DNA of 64,000 nt, taken from IMG/VR virus record IMGVR_UViG_3300028766_000004, positions 24,969 to 88,968 of that record; one strand, written 5' to 3'. The position numbers and the translations under genes are program-made. Source of the DNA: a virus. This document shows positions 1 to 10,352 of the stretch, one piece after another. Numbering within the stretch: the stretch's first letter is position 1; the number at the start of each line of letters is the position of its first letter. Under the pieces are notes generated by a model. That model was given only the letters and a program-made list of their open reading frames with translations. It had not been told where the DNA came from and did no database searches.

Positions 1-80
1 GCTTCCAGAACTACATCGGCGGCTGCCGCAGCGACTGCTTCCTGTACTGTTTCTTGATCTACCACGTTTGGTTCCTCCAT
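1..80 (-). CDS. Partial ORF downstream of baseplate J (runs off window start)
   Basis: ATG at 80 (MEEPNVVDQETVQEAVAAAAADVVLE...), open to the window edge, 6 nt after the previous stop. Confidence 0.5.
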   Translation of the reverse strand, partial: MEEPNVVDQETVQEAVAAAAADVVLE

Positions 81-86
81 TGTGGG

Positions 87-1274
87 TTACGATATTGTTA
101 TTGTTCCGGCCTTTATAACTGTTTGAGAGTTACCTGGAATCACATCTCCTGAAGGCGTTGATAATACGCAATTATACATTCCGTTTTGTCCCATAACCAG
201 CGAAATAAGTTCGTTATAAATTAACGAATCTCCCGGTTTAAGTGTTGACATATACTGCACAACACTTGCCGCTATCGCCGCTTCGGCATTGCTATCTAGA
301 ATATACCCGGATAACCATGTTGTTTGTAGAACAAAGTTCTGAGGTTGTTCTGTGGCTGCAATGGTTGTGGCTACTATACCAGCGGCTTTATACCCCGGCA
401 ATCTGTTCCCATCCGAGTCTGTATACCCATATATGATGTTTTGACAGTTTGCGACCAGGGCAGCAGAAGTAGAACCTAACCCGTTGTAAATGTATATATT
501 TACGTGTCCGATTGGATTAGAACCGTCTAGTACGTATGGTTCTACAGCTGTACAACTTTTAACTTGTTCTATGATGTTGCCATTGGAGTCTGTCACTACA
601 GCTAAAGAAGCGCCATATTCTATAGCCCCCAAAGTGCCTCTAGATAAACTTTGTAGATATGCCGCAAATCTTACTTTCTGACTAGCAGAACTTTCTTGAT
701 CAGCTCCATTCACAAACGGAAATTGGTTAGTAACGACATAGACCGCATCTGCAACCACCGGAAGATTGTCAACTGGCACAGTGATTGTATTAGCAACAGC
801 GTTTCCAACGATTCCAGCTGTATTAGAGATAACCATAACCAATTGTGATGTTGCTCCAGCAGGCCATACCGTATCAGAAACTACACTATACGTAACACTA
901 GCTATAGATGAAGCGGTTACAGTCGACCCTGTGGATGGAACCTGAAAGCGAGTTCCAGCTGGTATAACAATCGCCGATGTAGGAGCTATTGGGGTCGTTG
1001 TTCCTGCAACTACTAGTGATAATAGCAATTGACCTGATGAGGCGATTGGAGGTAACGGTGGAAAATCAAAGCTATTATAGATTGCTGTATCGATGCCCTC
1101 GAGAATACCACGGAGCATCATATGATAGAACTGTTCAAGTTCTTCAGCAAAAGCTTCCAACATGGTACGAGTCTTCGAACCAATATTAAAATCGGTGAGC
1201 GTAGATGTGGATTGAGCTACCGATTGTATCAGGCTGGCTGTAATATTGGCGAAATTACGGATGTAGAAAGCGAT
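87..1274 (-). CDS. Baseplate J-like wedge protein (probable ATC start at 1274)
   Basis: Baseplate J motifs (TDFNIGSKTRTMLEA, IPAGT, GIVGN, NGADQES, SRGTLGAI, GYKAAG). The frame is open 37 codons upstream of the listed ATG to an ATC preceded by GGGAGG. Confidence 0.85.
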   Translation of the reverse strand: MAFYIRNFANITASLIQSVAQSTSTLTDFNIGSKTRTMLEAFAEELEQFYHMMLRGILEGIDTAIYNSFDFPPLPPIASSGQLLLSLVVAGTTTPIAPTSAIVIPAGTRFQVPSTGSTVTASSIASVTYSVVSDTVWPAGATSQLVMVISNTAGIVGNAVANTITVPVDNLPVVADAVYVVTNQFPFVNGADQESSASQKVRFAAYLQSLSRGTLGAIEYGASLAVVTDSNGNIIEQVKSCTAVEPYVLDGSNPIGHVNIYIYNGLGSTSAALVANCQNIIYGYTDSDGNRLPGYKAAGIVATTIAATEQPQNFVLQTTWLSGYILDSNAEAAIAASVVQYMSTLKPGDSLIYNELISLVMGQNGMYNCVLSTPSGDVIPGNSQTVIKAGTITIS

Positions 1275-1295
1275 ACGTCTACCTCCCAGCTATTT

Positions 1296-2609
1296 TTATA
1301 CTGCTGGAATTACGAAATTGAAGTTCTGCGATATATTTAACAAATCTATATTAGCGCTAGCAGACACTCGCAATGTATCAGCATATAGATTAACATTAAC
1401 ATTAGTTACAGACGAAACTCTAGGGTCTTGTGATAGAGTTCTATTTATTTCATATGCAGCAAAAACCAAAAGAGAATCGTTATCTATCGAACCGACATAA
1501 TCCAGCAGTCTATCTCCATATTCAGGATGATAGTGAAGCGAGCTAGTTTCTGTGGTCAATCTGTGTGCAAGCGCTTGATTAAGATTCATCATGCCTGAAA
1601 ACGACAATAAATCTCCGTTCGTATCTGCCCATAGCTGACCATAAGCGTCTAATGCAATATCTTCCCCAAGAATGTCATAAAGACTATTCGCATTATAATT
1701 GTTGTTTTGGATATTCGATTGGCTCGAGCTGTTCGATGGTATGAGAATATAGCTACCTGGGCTGACGACTCTAGACGTAATATTTATCGCTGCAGATAAC
1801 ACGTTTACAACGAACCCAGATTCGTAAGTATTTTGAAGCGGCGATGATAAAACCACTATCGATTGAGTGTTGTCCCCAGTTACCGAGTCTACCGTCACCA
1901 AATCTGAAAGAACCTGTGATTGCCCATTCGTTAACGGACTTGTCAAATTGAAATATAGTGTAGACCCAATGGATAACAATTGGCTCAATCCATTGATATA
2001 GATTGTTGAAGTTCCAGCCTTAGCCTTTTGGGTCAGATAAACATTGAAATTTGTTTGTCCCATCAAAACGTTCTGGTCGCTGCTGATATATGGATATGTC
2101 AATTTGTTCATATCCGCTATGACTTCCCAATTTGAAGCATCTCCGGTCATTTGAGCTGCTATACCCTGCAAATTATCAAAAGGTTTAATTTGGTAAACTT
2201 GCATGTTGTTTATCGTCATCGAGTACGGGTCTGTGGTTGTAGCTGTGAATTGACTGGCGTTTGGAATCTGTATCGCATTAACCATACTTTGTATATCTGC
2301 CAAAGATATCAAGCCTTGTTGATCAATGGTAAATATCACAGAATTAGATGGACCGTTATTCGGATCGTCTATATATATTGTCGCTCCTCCTAACGAGAAA
2401 GTAGCGAAATAAGATGGTAAAACATAAGCATATAGGTAAGTATTGTCTACATAAACTGTGGCATGATTTCCGTTTCCGTCCAAAAGAACTTCACCGCCGA
2501 ACACAATATCACTATCACCTGTAAAGTTGGTTCCTCGCACAGCGAACAAGAACTGTGAGCCTCCAGCAACCACGTAATCAGGTGTTATCGATGCTATGAC
2601 GGGAACCAT
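1296..2609 (-). CDS. Baseplate protein: N-terminal IPT/Ig-like, LysM-like and C-terminal gp25/gpW-like domains
   Basis: PVIASITP...VRGTNF (IPT); YQIKPFDNLQGIA...WEVIADMNKL (LysM-like); NLNQAL.HRL.T...YHPEYG...L.QDPRV (gp25-like); position. Confidence 0.75.
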   Translation of the reverse strand: MVPVIASITPDYVVAGGSQFLFAVRGTNFTGDSDIVFGGEVLLDGNGNHATVYVDNTYLYAYVLPSYFATFSLGGATIYIDDPNNGPSNSVIFTIDQQGLISLADIQSMVNAIQIPNASQFTATTTDPYSMTINNMQVYQIKPFDNLQGIAAQMTGDASNWEVIADMNKLTYPYISSDQNVLMGQTNFNVYLTQKAKAGTSTIYINGLSQLLSIGSTLYFNLTSPLTNGQSQVLSDLVTVDSVTGDNTQSIVVLSSPLQNTYESGFVVNVLSAAINITSRVVSPGSYILIPSNSSSQSNIQNNNYNANSLYDILGEDIALDAYGQLWADTNGDLLSFSGMMNLNQALAHRLTTETSSLHYHPEYGDRLLDYVGSIDNDSLLVFAAYEINRTLSQDPRVSSVTNVNVNLYADTLRVSASANIDLLNISQNFNFVIPAV

Positions 2610-2610
2610 A

Positions 2611-3963
2611 TTACCTACCTATAAGTTTCAAAATCATATCAACCGAATTCATATCTTTAGCTGCTGTCGTATTAGCAACGCTAATCTGGTTAACTGCGGT
2701 TTGTATGCCGCTTGTATTGGCTGCAGCTGTTACAGCTATAAATGTATTAGGCGTGTCTTCTGCTATTGAGTATATTGCTCCAACATATGGAGGAACAGGG
2801 CCAGAACTTACAAGATTTGTTGGTACAGTTATCCCCATCGGAGTAACCTGTGTAGCGAGTGTAGACGCATCTTTCATAAATTGTGTTGTGTCTTTCCACG
2901 CCAATTGAGCTGTGACACTCATCGTATTGAATGATGTTCCATTTTGAGCAATCATCATCGCTCCGCCAATAGAATTAAACGTTTCTTGAGCCATCATCGT
3001 TAAACCAGGCGTACTAGATGGATTGACAACCGATAACAAACCGCCTATACCACCACCCGCGTATGCTACTTGATTAAGGACTTCCATAGCAACCATCACA
3101 TCTGAAGCAACAGCTGCAATAGTAGATAGAATGCTTCCCAATTTTGACCAGAACCCACTAGGAGACGATGAATTATTCTTATTGATCGTAACTGGAGGCC
3201 TCGAGTTGTTGGAGTTTACAACTTGAAAATCAGTGTTTTCTTGTGTAACTATAAACGACGCTTCATACATGTGAAGCAGCGGATTTGATTTGTTTCTGAG
3301 CAACTTGAACTGTTCTGGAACAACGTAATGAACCATTCTGTGTAATTTGTCGATGATATGTACTGTTAATTTTTGCTCCAACTGAGATTGAGGAAAGTTG
3401 GCAGAGTTTGTGTCTCTCAAAAGGAAGTAATTATCAAACAAATTTTTCAGAGCCATCACGTTCGCATATCCGTCTTGGGCTTGAGATGTGGACCCACTAA
3501 AATTGTGCGTTCTCCATCCAGTATTCCCACGTAACGTAAGCCTCACAATTGTTTTACCCCACACATCTACGAATGCACCGCTCATTGTTTGGGTGGCGTT
3601 TACACGATATGGAGTATCTAATACGAAATCATCAGGATTGATATTCATCGTCACAGTTGTTGGAACCGTGGTTCCACTCAAGCTATTCGACAACATCACG
3701 GTGAAATGATTGACGTGGCCTAACCACGATACAACATTGACAGGGGATGTACTATTCGTCCACCCATTTTCAGAAACGTTGGCATTGGCTAAAGCGGATG
3801 AATAAGGAGGCCCGAGAGTTGGAGTTGTTGCAGCTGATAACCCAGAATACGTTGAATCCGTGGTAAATGGCGCTGGTGTTGTGGTTACCGCTGCGGAGCT
3901 CAGCGGCGTTCCATACGTGGATGCCGTCAATGGTGTGCCACTACCAGCACCAGTAATAGACAT
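2611..3963 (-). CDS. Baseplate / tail-tube initiator-like protein
   Basis: MNINP...R.NATQTMSGAFVDVWG...LTLRGNTGW motif typical of myovirus tube initiators; position. Confidence 0.6.
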   Translation of the reverse strand: MSITGAGSGTPLTASTYGTPLSSAAVTTTPAPFTTDSTYSGLSAATTPTLGPPYSSALANANVSENGWTNSTSPVNVVSWLGHVNHFTVMLSNSLSGTTVPTTVTMNINPDDFVLDTPYRVNATQTMSGAFVDVWGKTIVRLTLRGNTGWRTHNFSGSTSQAQDGYANVMALKNLFDNYFLLRDTNSANFPQSQLEQKLTVHIIDKLHRMVHYVVPEQFKLLRNKSNPLLHMYEASFIVTQENTDFQVVNSNNSRPPVTINKNNSSSPSGFWSKLGSILSTIAAVASDVMVAMEVLNQVAYAGGGIGGLLSVVNPSSTPGLTMMAQETFNSIGGAMMIAQNGTSFNTMSVTAQLAWKDTTQFMKDASTLATQVTPMGITVPTNLVSSGPVPPYVGAIYSIAEDTPNTFIAVTAAANTSGIQTAVNQISVANTTAAKDMNSVDMILKLIGR

Positions 3964-3965
3964 AT

Positions 3966-5090
3966 CTAACCAGCCTTCGTAATGCTCGTAGCATCCGTAG
4001 TAGTAATCTGTTGATCAGGTGTCGTTGTCGGACTACCTGTGCCAGTACAAGTGTGCTTATGGCTATTAAACTTATCAGCAACCTTTTTATACAGCAGAAG
4101 ATTATCCAATTGTGAAGCGTTCGGTCCCAAAATTATGCTGTTTTGCTTTGCGGAATCGGTTTTAACCGTAATGGTCGTATTCGACTCAGCGGTTAATTGC
4201 CCTTTAACCGATTGCAGCGTGACATCACCAGCAACACTCTGCAGTATAACATTCCCTCCCGCAATAATCTTCACCTGATTATTAGCTGAACTCGCACTGC
4301 TGGTATCCATCGGAGTGTTGATTACAACGTTTCCTGTAGCTTTATCGATCTGTATCAGAACAGTTCCTTGTGCAGTGACAACCTCCAATTGGGCGTATAA
4401 CTTACGGCTATTATTCAGGTTCCCATCAACACCCTTCTTCAGTTGGGTGTTCCACGCCATATTTGTCGGTTTTCCGTTCATGACGGATTTCCTATTACCC
4501 TTGCTCAAATCGACATGCACAGCGCCATCAACTGGTTGCGTCGGGGTCTCAGCTAATCTAAAGAAAGAACCATTAGGGTGTGCCCATTCATAATTTCCAT
4601 CCACATCAGTAAAACTGTAAACATCGCTATTTGTTCTACTTATTGTAGCTCCAGCCAGTTTCTTAATTTGTGTTGTGGTTGGGGCTGGTAAACCGGGAGG
4701 AATATTCTGAGGGTCGAACAGCATTTGAGAGCGTTGTGGGAATAGGAACCCAAGACAAACCCACGAACTTTGTCCAAGATTGGCGTCTAATTTATCTATA
4801 ACAGCGTATACATAATTAGAAGTTGGATCATCCAAATCTGGATTATTAGAAGATAAACTTTCATACTTATATACATTAGGAACCTGTTTAGTGGTTCCAT
4901 CATAAGACAACACAGTTCCAGCCTTATTTCCAACAGTTTTAAGCACTGGAAGCGAAATCATTCCACCATTCGTAGATGCACCAAGAGTGGGTACATGGAC
5001 ACCATAGATGATTCCGCAACCCTGCTCAAGAAGCACATCTATAGTGTGAGCGCTGTAATCAACGTTAATAACTTTTCCTTGACGGGCCAT
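3966..5090 (-). CDS. Baseplate central spike (gpV/gp5-like)
   Basis: N-terminal OB-like GKVINVD, beta-repeat stretch, C-terminal FNSHKH (HxH metal tip). Confidence 0.75.
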   Translation of the reverse strand: MARQGKVINVDYSAHTIDVLLEQGCGIIYGVHVPTLGASTNGGMISLPVLKTVGNKAGTVLSYDGTTKQVPNVYKYESLSSNNPDLDDPTSNYVYAVIDKLDANLGQSSWVCLGFLFPQRSQMLFDPQNIPPGLPAPTTTQIKKLAGATISRTNSDVYSFTDVDGNYEWAHPNGSFFRLAETPTQPVDGAVHVDLSKGNRKSVMNGKPTNMAWNTQLKKGVDGNLNNSRKLYAQLEVVTAQGTVLIQIDKATGNVVINTPMDTSSASSANNQVKIIAGGNVILQSVAGDVTLQSVKGQLTAESNTTITVKTDSAKQNSIILGPNASQLDNLLLYKKVADKFNSHKHTCTGTGSPTTTPDQQITTTDATSITKAG

Positions 5091-5093
5091 ATT

Positions 5094-6740
5094 TTAATAT
5101 CCGTAATCAGCATAACGTGGATCGTCCTGCATTCTGTCTAAATGAGCTTCCCCACGAGTCAATGTTAGCATCGTCAACCACGATTCCATAGGAGTGAAAT
5201 TCTGATGCACTTCTTCCACATAAAAAACGTGAACCATCGTGTCGAGTCGTTCATCCCAAAACGCTACAAACATTCCAGCTCGTATATCTTCTCGCCCACG
5301 AATAACCATCGAACCTTGTTCTAATTGCGAATTGTGTTCAAAGGCATTAAACAAAGTCATTGCCAGTTGCTGCCCAACCTTAAACATGTCGGAAGTAGTT
5401 ATATTCGAACCAAAATCGCTTCTGTAAAAAGCATTAGTATCTTCCAAACTACCAATTGTTTTTGGGTCCACTGATAGCAACTTGCTAGTGATTAGCAATT
5501 TTCTAAAACCAAACAACTCCATCCTAGAATATTCAAGCTTTGTCGATTGAGGAAGAGTCACGCCAGTATCAGTAAACGAACTAGTATCAACCGTAAAATG
5601 TGGATTAAGGTTAGTAAGCTGCCCCATCGCTTGAGATTCGAATGATTCTCCAATCCCACTATTCGTAGCATTAACCATGATATAGTTCCACACTTCTTGG
5701 TCGCTGCGACCTAAGTTATAGTTTACTATTTCACTTTGATCTATGAATATTGGCAATCCCTTCGCACATGCATCTATACTCCGTGAACCCAGTGGGGTGT
5801 ACGTAGGGCCAGTTCCACTAAAACTGGTGGTTCCTACCCATTCCCTGTCTCTATCTCGCCAAGGGGTTGGTCTGAACACTAAGTAAGTGCCATCTGGAGC
5901 ATCATCTGTGAATATCTCGATAAACGGCTTTCCAGTGAATTCGTTAAACAAGTCCGACACAGACATTTCCGTCGAGGCTATTGATGGGTCAACTACTCTG
6001 AGGCTATAACTCGCTACGTCATCACCTATCCCTTGGGCAGCTCTATTTCCGTCTACACCATCCACATCAACATCTAATTCAAAAGGTGCTGCAATATTAA
6101 CTGAGGATATTATGTCGTTGCTTTCGGAGCCGTTAGCTGAAGATGAATTACTCTGCGTCTGATTCCTGTTAGTGGTTGTTTTTAGAATGTTCTGAAAAGT
6201 TGGCGTGACAACTTCATTCCACACCATTGTTACTATCTTGGATGGGGTGCAATTACCCTGCAAAATATCGATTCCATATCCAAAAAACAACGGCGATGTA
6301 GTCCCAGAAGCAGCGAACACTTGACTCGGGTCTAAAGCATAAACATAATGTATTACAGCATTTTTAATAGCTTTTCCATAATTCTCTCCAGAAATAACAA
6401 TCGATCTAACAGGCTTTCCGCTAGACATATCTAGCGATTTAGATATGGTGGTTACGAAACCCCTCATGATGGTTGTATAATCTTTCGATTCACGCTTCAT
6501 CCTTATTTCACAATAAACCATCGGTTCTATCATATCGTATAGCGTTGCACCGTTAGTATCATCTCTTGGAACAAGGGTGATTCTAAAACTATTCGTCAAA
6601 TCCTTACACGTAGCCTGCGTCTCTATTTTAGTCACGTAACCAAGCTGGTTGAATCCAGTGCTAAATGATTGTATTCCTGATGGAAGACCGAGAATTACAT
6701 CGTATTTTGGATTGAACGTGTTGATATTGCTTGTGCTCAT
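5094..6740 (-). CDS. Baseplate hub (gp27/gpD-like)
   Basis: IMRGFV..ISK, ISGENYGK, GSMVIRGREDIRAG...FYVEEVHQNF...TMLTLTRG; follows tape measure. Confidence 0.75.
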   Translation of the reverse strand: MSTSNINTFNPKYDVILGLPSGIQSFSTGFNQLGYVTKIETQATCKDLTNSFRITLVPRDDTNGATLYDMIEPMVYCEIRMKRESKDYTTIMRGFVTTISKSLDMSSGKPVRSIVISGENYGKAIKNAVIHYVYALDPSQVFAASGTTSPLFFGYGIDILQGNCTPSKIVTMVWNEVVTPTFQNILKTTTNRNQTQSNSSSANGSESNDIISSVNIAAPFELDVDVDGVDGNRAAQGIGDDVASYSLRVVDPSIASTEMSVSDLFNEFTGKPFIEIFTDDAPDGTYLVFRPTPWRDRDREWVGTTSFSGTGPTYTPLGSRSIDACAKGLPIFIDQSEIVNYNLGRSDQEVWNYIMVNATNSGIGESFESQAMGQLTNLNPHFTVDTSSFTDTGVTLPQSTKLEYSRMELFGFRKLLITSKLLSVDPKTIGSLEDTNAFYRSDFGSNITTSDMFKVGQQLAMTLFNAFEHNSQLEQGSMVIRGREDIRAGMFVAFWDERLDTMVHVFYVEEVHQNFTPMESWLTMLTLTRGEAHLDRMQDDPRYADYGY

Positions 6741-6742
6741 AA

Positions 6743-9700
6743 TTACTTAGTTCCAGATGGTGACAAGGTCTTAACAGAGGTACTCGCCTTGTTATGATTC
6801 AATTTAGAGAAATTCATAGTTCCAACAGTCGTTTGCTTAGACTGTCCTCCATCAGGCATCGTCAAATTCAATACTGAAAAGTGACTAAACTCAAGAGATT
6901 CTCTATTATCTTTAGCTATTTGTCTTAAAGCATTATGTATTTCTGTCGCTGTCATTACAGGTTTTTTTTCTACAGGTTTTTTTTCTACAGAACTTTGAAA
7001 TCCACCAACAGCGCCAGCTCTTGATACGGAATTTGCGAACACTGTAACTTGCTCACCTTCTCTTCCTTGATCTGATTCATGACGATGTCCCCAATTTGCA
7101 TATACCTGCCCAAATTCAGCACCGGCTGTTAATGAGTCTAACCTTCCACCATGTGCGGAAACTATTTTACGCAATTCGTCTTCATCGTGGAACGCTCCAC
7201 CGCTAGCTCTAAGCGCATACTCAACTTCAGACCTTAATTTTACATTATTTGGGTCTAACCCAACCCTTTTCAAAATACCTTCAGCTTGGTCTATGTAGTC
7301 TTTCTTATATAACTTCATCTGAAAATCTTTAGTATTTTGAAGAATACGCCTCAGCGTACTACCAGTTTTATTCCCTTGTTCACCCCAATGTTCTTCATTA
7401 CCCCAATCAGACTCGACGGAAGCAATGTCTTTAACCAATAACTTGTTTTCGAGGGGATTTAATCCAAGTGTATTATCATTTGCAGCAACTCTAGCACTAT
7501 TAAGAAAATGTGCCAAAGAACTATCTTGATAACCTTTACCACTCCAATTAGCGAATCCAGCATTAACTATAGTACGCCCTGTTTTTGGGTCGTTAAGTGG
7601 GTCGTTGTTGATATCAGTGAAGGATTTATCTAATGTCATCATATGCTCAGCAGCTGCAGCTTTGGCATACTCTTCAAAATTAGCTCGCTCTGTCTCAGAG
7701 CCGTGAGCTGCTCCATTACTAGCTAATACACTCTCGAAAGACTTAGCCCATGCAGTATTTCCTGATGAAATAAATTTATTATTCTTAAAATCGTTAGCAG
7801 TCTCTTGTCCAGCAACACCCCATTGTTTAGCATCGATAGATGCTTGAACTGCTTCTTGGACATCTTTCTTACTCCCACCAGAAAACCAACTAACAGCCGC
7901 AGCTGACATCCTTATAAGTGGATCAGTCATCGACTGTACATATTGGCTAATGTCAACCACAGCCTTTCTAGCCTCATCTTCGTTATTCGTGGATTTAATA
8001 TTCTGTGTTGCACTAGCTACCGCTTGAACTATTTCTTCAGTCGTTTTTCCATCCTTTTTTGCGATGTCGTACACTGCTTGTATCGTTTTTGCGTCTCCCG
8101 TACTAAGTGTTTGAATAAGGTTTTCAATGGCTTTATTAGCTGAAGTTTCCTTATCTCCCTTCGTAACACGTAAATTATTCCCCAAATCCTCAACGAATCG
8201 AGTCAGACCAGGACTATTCATCAAGTTCATATCTTTCAAACCGTATATGTTCATAGCACTCTTCGGGTTGAGTGGGTCTAAGTCTCCATGTTTTTTCATC
8301 TCAATCATACTGAATGCTTGAGACATATTAATCCCAGTTTGATTACTTAACGTCTGCATCGCATAATCAACACTCCCGCCACTAGCACTTAAATATTTTG
8401 CAATTAGCTTATCCAGCATTTCAGCAGAGTGTTGTTGTCCGTCGGCAAACTTAGCCTCAAATCCTTGAGACCTAGTCAATTGAACATCACCTGTGTAATT
8501 TAATTTTCTAACACCATCAACGACACCACTGCCGCCACCATACTCTCGCATCATGTCTTGAACAACTGCCGAGCTGATCAAATAACCAAATGGAGATTTA
8601 GGATTAGATATACTTTGATCTATACTTCCAATTACCTGTGCAGCATATTTACCTTTTAATCCAGGGCCGCTAAAATCACTTCCAGATACACTCCCCATCA
8701 TACCAGCGAGCTGCAAAGCATTTGGACCGTTAACACTCTGTGAACGTCCTATTCCAACCAGGTCTTGGATTCCTTTAAGCATCTCTTCTTCAAGGCCAGC
8801 CATTTTTCCAGTTCCGATGGCATCTGCTACTGATAAGGCAAACTTATTTTGTTCTTGACCACTAGAGCTTACAGCACCTTCACGAACCATCTGAGCGTTA
8901 AATTGGGATGTAGAGTTCAAATCCATCCCATACGCTCTGCCCATGATAGCCGAACTATTCAACACACTTCCAAAATCACCCCAAGCCCTCTTACCCATTC
9001 CTCGCATCGACTCGCCCATGCCGATACGTTCTTCCCTAGTTATTCCAAGACCATCCACAGCACTTGTCATTTCACTTCTAAAATCATTTGTGTTCTGACC
9101 TTGAGCAGCGGTCATCTTCCACAAATCACCTTCACGGACTTGCCATTCATACGTCTTTTTAAGTTGCTGACTGACATATTGAACAGCGGTAACTGCTCCC
9201 ATCAACGCTAATCCAATCCCGGCAGTACTTGCAGCTGCGCCAAGACCGCCTGTGAGCGCTGCAGCAGATACTTCTTCCCCTGCTATAGCAGTACCTGCCT
9301 GAGTAGCTCTATACCCCTGAAATAATTTAACGGATTTATCAGCGCTCTCCATCATCATAGCTCTACCATAACGATGGGTTCCCGTCATAATACCACTACT
9401 AGCTAACGTTCTCGCAAACCCGTACTTCAAGACACGGAAAGACTCTCTCTCCTCATCTTTTCCCTGATCATCTATGTCTTTTTTTAAATTTTGCCTAGCC
9501 CATGAAGAATACTTAACTGATAATCTTGAAGTGTTCTCCACTATCCGTATTCTTTCCCGAGCTTGTTGAGCTTCTCTAATCGATGCATTACGAGATGCAA
9601 CAGCATCATCCTTCATCGCCTTTTTTTTGGCTGCGAATGCGTCACCTTCAGCTGTTTTTAATGATTTTTGCTGTTTTATTTGTAAATTTAACGATTCTAT

Positions 9701-10006
9701 CGTCTTGGTGTAGCCTATTTGAGATTCTTTAGCATATCTTATAGTTTGGCGAGCTTGTTCTTTCTGAACATCAGCTAGCCTAATAGCACCTTTTGAAAAA
9801 TCTTTTAGGCGTTTATCAGCTGCTTTATAATCACCACCAGTAACGGCATCAGATGCATTCTGTAACATAGATTGAAGATATGCGTTGTTTGCACCAGCAG
9901 AAGAATCCTCATTTGGATTAGGTACTGCAGCAGCTTGCTTAGAGGCTTGCTGCTGCATGATATTGAAATTAGGATCGTTGAATGCTCCGCCGTTATTATT
10001 TGGCAT
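6743..10006 (-). CDS. Tape measure protein
   Basis: 1087 aa, helical and Ala/Gly-rich, directly after tail chaperones; possible transglycosylase-like DIASVES near C-terminus. Confidence 0.85.
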   Translation of the reverse strand: MPNNNGGAFNDPNFNIMQQQASKQAAAVPNPNEDSSAGANNAYLQSMLQNASDAVTGGDYKAADKRLKDFSKGAIRLADVQKEQARQTIRYAKESQIGYTKTIESLNLQIKQQKSLKTAEGDAFAAKKKAMKDDAVASRNASIREAQQARERIRIVENTSRLSVKYSSWARQNLKKDIDDQGKDEERESFRVLKYGFARTLASSGIMTGTHRYGRAMMMESADKSVKLFQGYRATQAGTAIAGEEVSAAALTGGLGAAASTAGIGLALMGAVTAVQYVSQQLKKTYEWQVREGDLWKMTAAQGQNTNDFRSEMTSAVDGLGITREERIGMGESMRGMGKRAWGDFGSVLNSSAIMGRAYGMDLNSTSQFNAQMVREGAVSSSGQEQNKFALSVADAIGTGKMAGLEEEMLKGIQDLVGIGRSQSVNGPNALQLAGMMGSVSGSDFSGPGLKGKYAAQVIGSIDQSISNPKSPFGYLISSAVVQDMMREYGGGSGVVDGVRKLNYTGDVQLTRSQGFEAKFADGQQHSAEMLDKLIAKYLSASGGSVDYAMQTLSNQTGINMSQAFSMIEMKKHGDLDPLNPKSAMNIYGLKDMNLMNSPGLTRFVEDLGNNLRVTKGDKETSANKAIENLIQTLSTGDAKTIQAVYDIAKKDGKTTEEIVQAVASATQNIKSTNNEDEARKAVVDISQYVQSMTDPLIRMSAAAVSWFSGGSKKDVQEAVQASIDAKQWGVAGQETANDFKNNKFISSGNTAWAKSFESVLASNGAAHGSETERANFEEYAKAAAAEHMMTLDKSFTDINNDPLNDPKTGRTIVNAGFANWSGKGYQDSSLAHFLNSARVAANDNTLGLNPLENKLLVKDIASVESDWGNEEHWGEQGNKTGSTLRRILQNTKDFQMKLYKKDYIDQAEGILKRVGLDPNNVKLRSEVEYALRASGGAFHDEDELRKIVSAHGGRLDSLTAGAEFGQVYANWGHRHESDQGREGEQVTVFANSVSRAGAVGGFQSSVEKKPVEKKPVMTATEIHNALRQIAKDNRESLEFSHFSVLNLTMPDGGQSKQTTVGTMNFSKLNHNKASTSVKTLSPSGTK

Positions 10007-10352
10007 CTTTTACCTCAACCCATTCATCAGATGGGTTTTTACTTTGCGAAGCTTCAAGTTGAGCTTGTTTTAGGTACTCTTCCATTTCCTTATCGGATGC
10101 ACCCTCGAATTCATCGTCTTGCGTAATTCCACTCGCTCTACGAACCGCCTTCTCATACTCATCGTGGGTCAAGAATTCTAATTCCATCTTCCACGGTTCT
10201 ATATCCAAATATCTGTCATCGTTCGGTGGAAGGTTGTATTTCTTGCGAAACCAGAAATCATAACCATCTAAAGCCTTACTTTTCGCCAACTTCCTCTTGT
10301 TTTCTTGAAACCACAGGGCGAAAGGAGTTCTCCCATTTCGTATACACGTCAT
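9996..10352 (-). CDS. Tail assembly chaperone, downstream (T) frame, probably reached by +1 frameshift
   Basis: WFRKKYNLPPNDDRY motif; overlaps upstream chaperone ORF in +1 frame; no obvious SD of its own. Confidence 0.7.
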   Translation of the reverse strand: MTCIRNGRTPFALWFQENKRKLAKSKALDGYDFWFRKKYNLPPNDDRYLDIEPWKMELEFLTHDEYEKAVRRASGITQDDEFEGASDKEMEEYLKQAQLEASQSKNPSDEWVEVKDAK

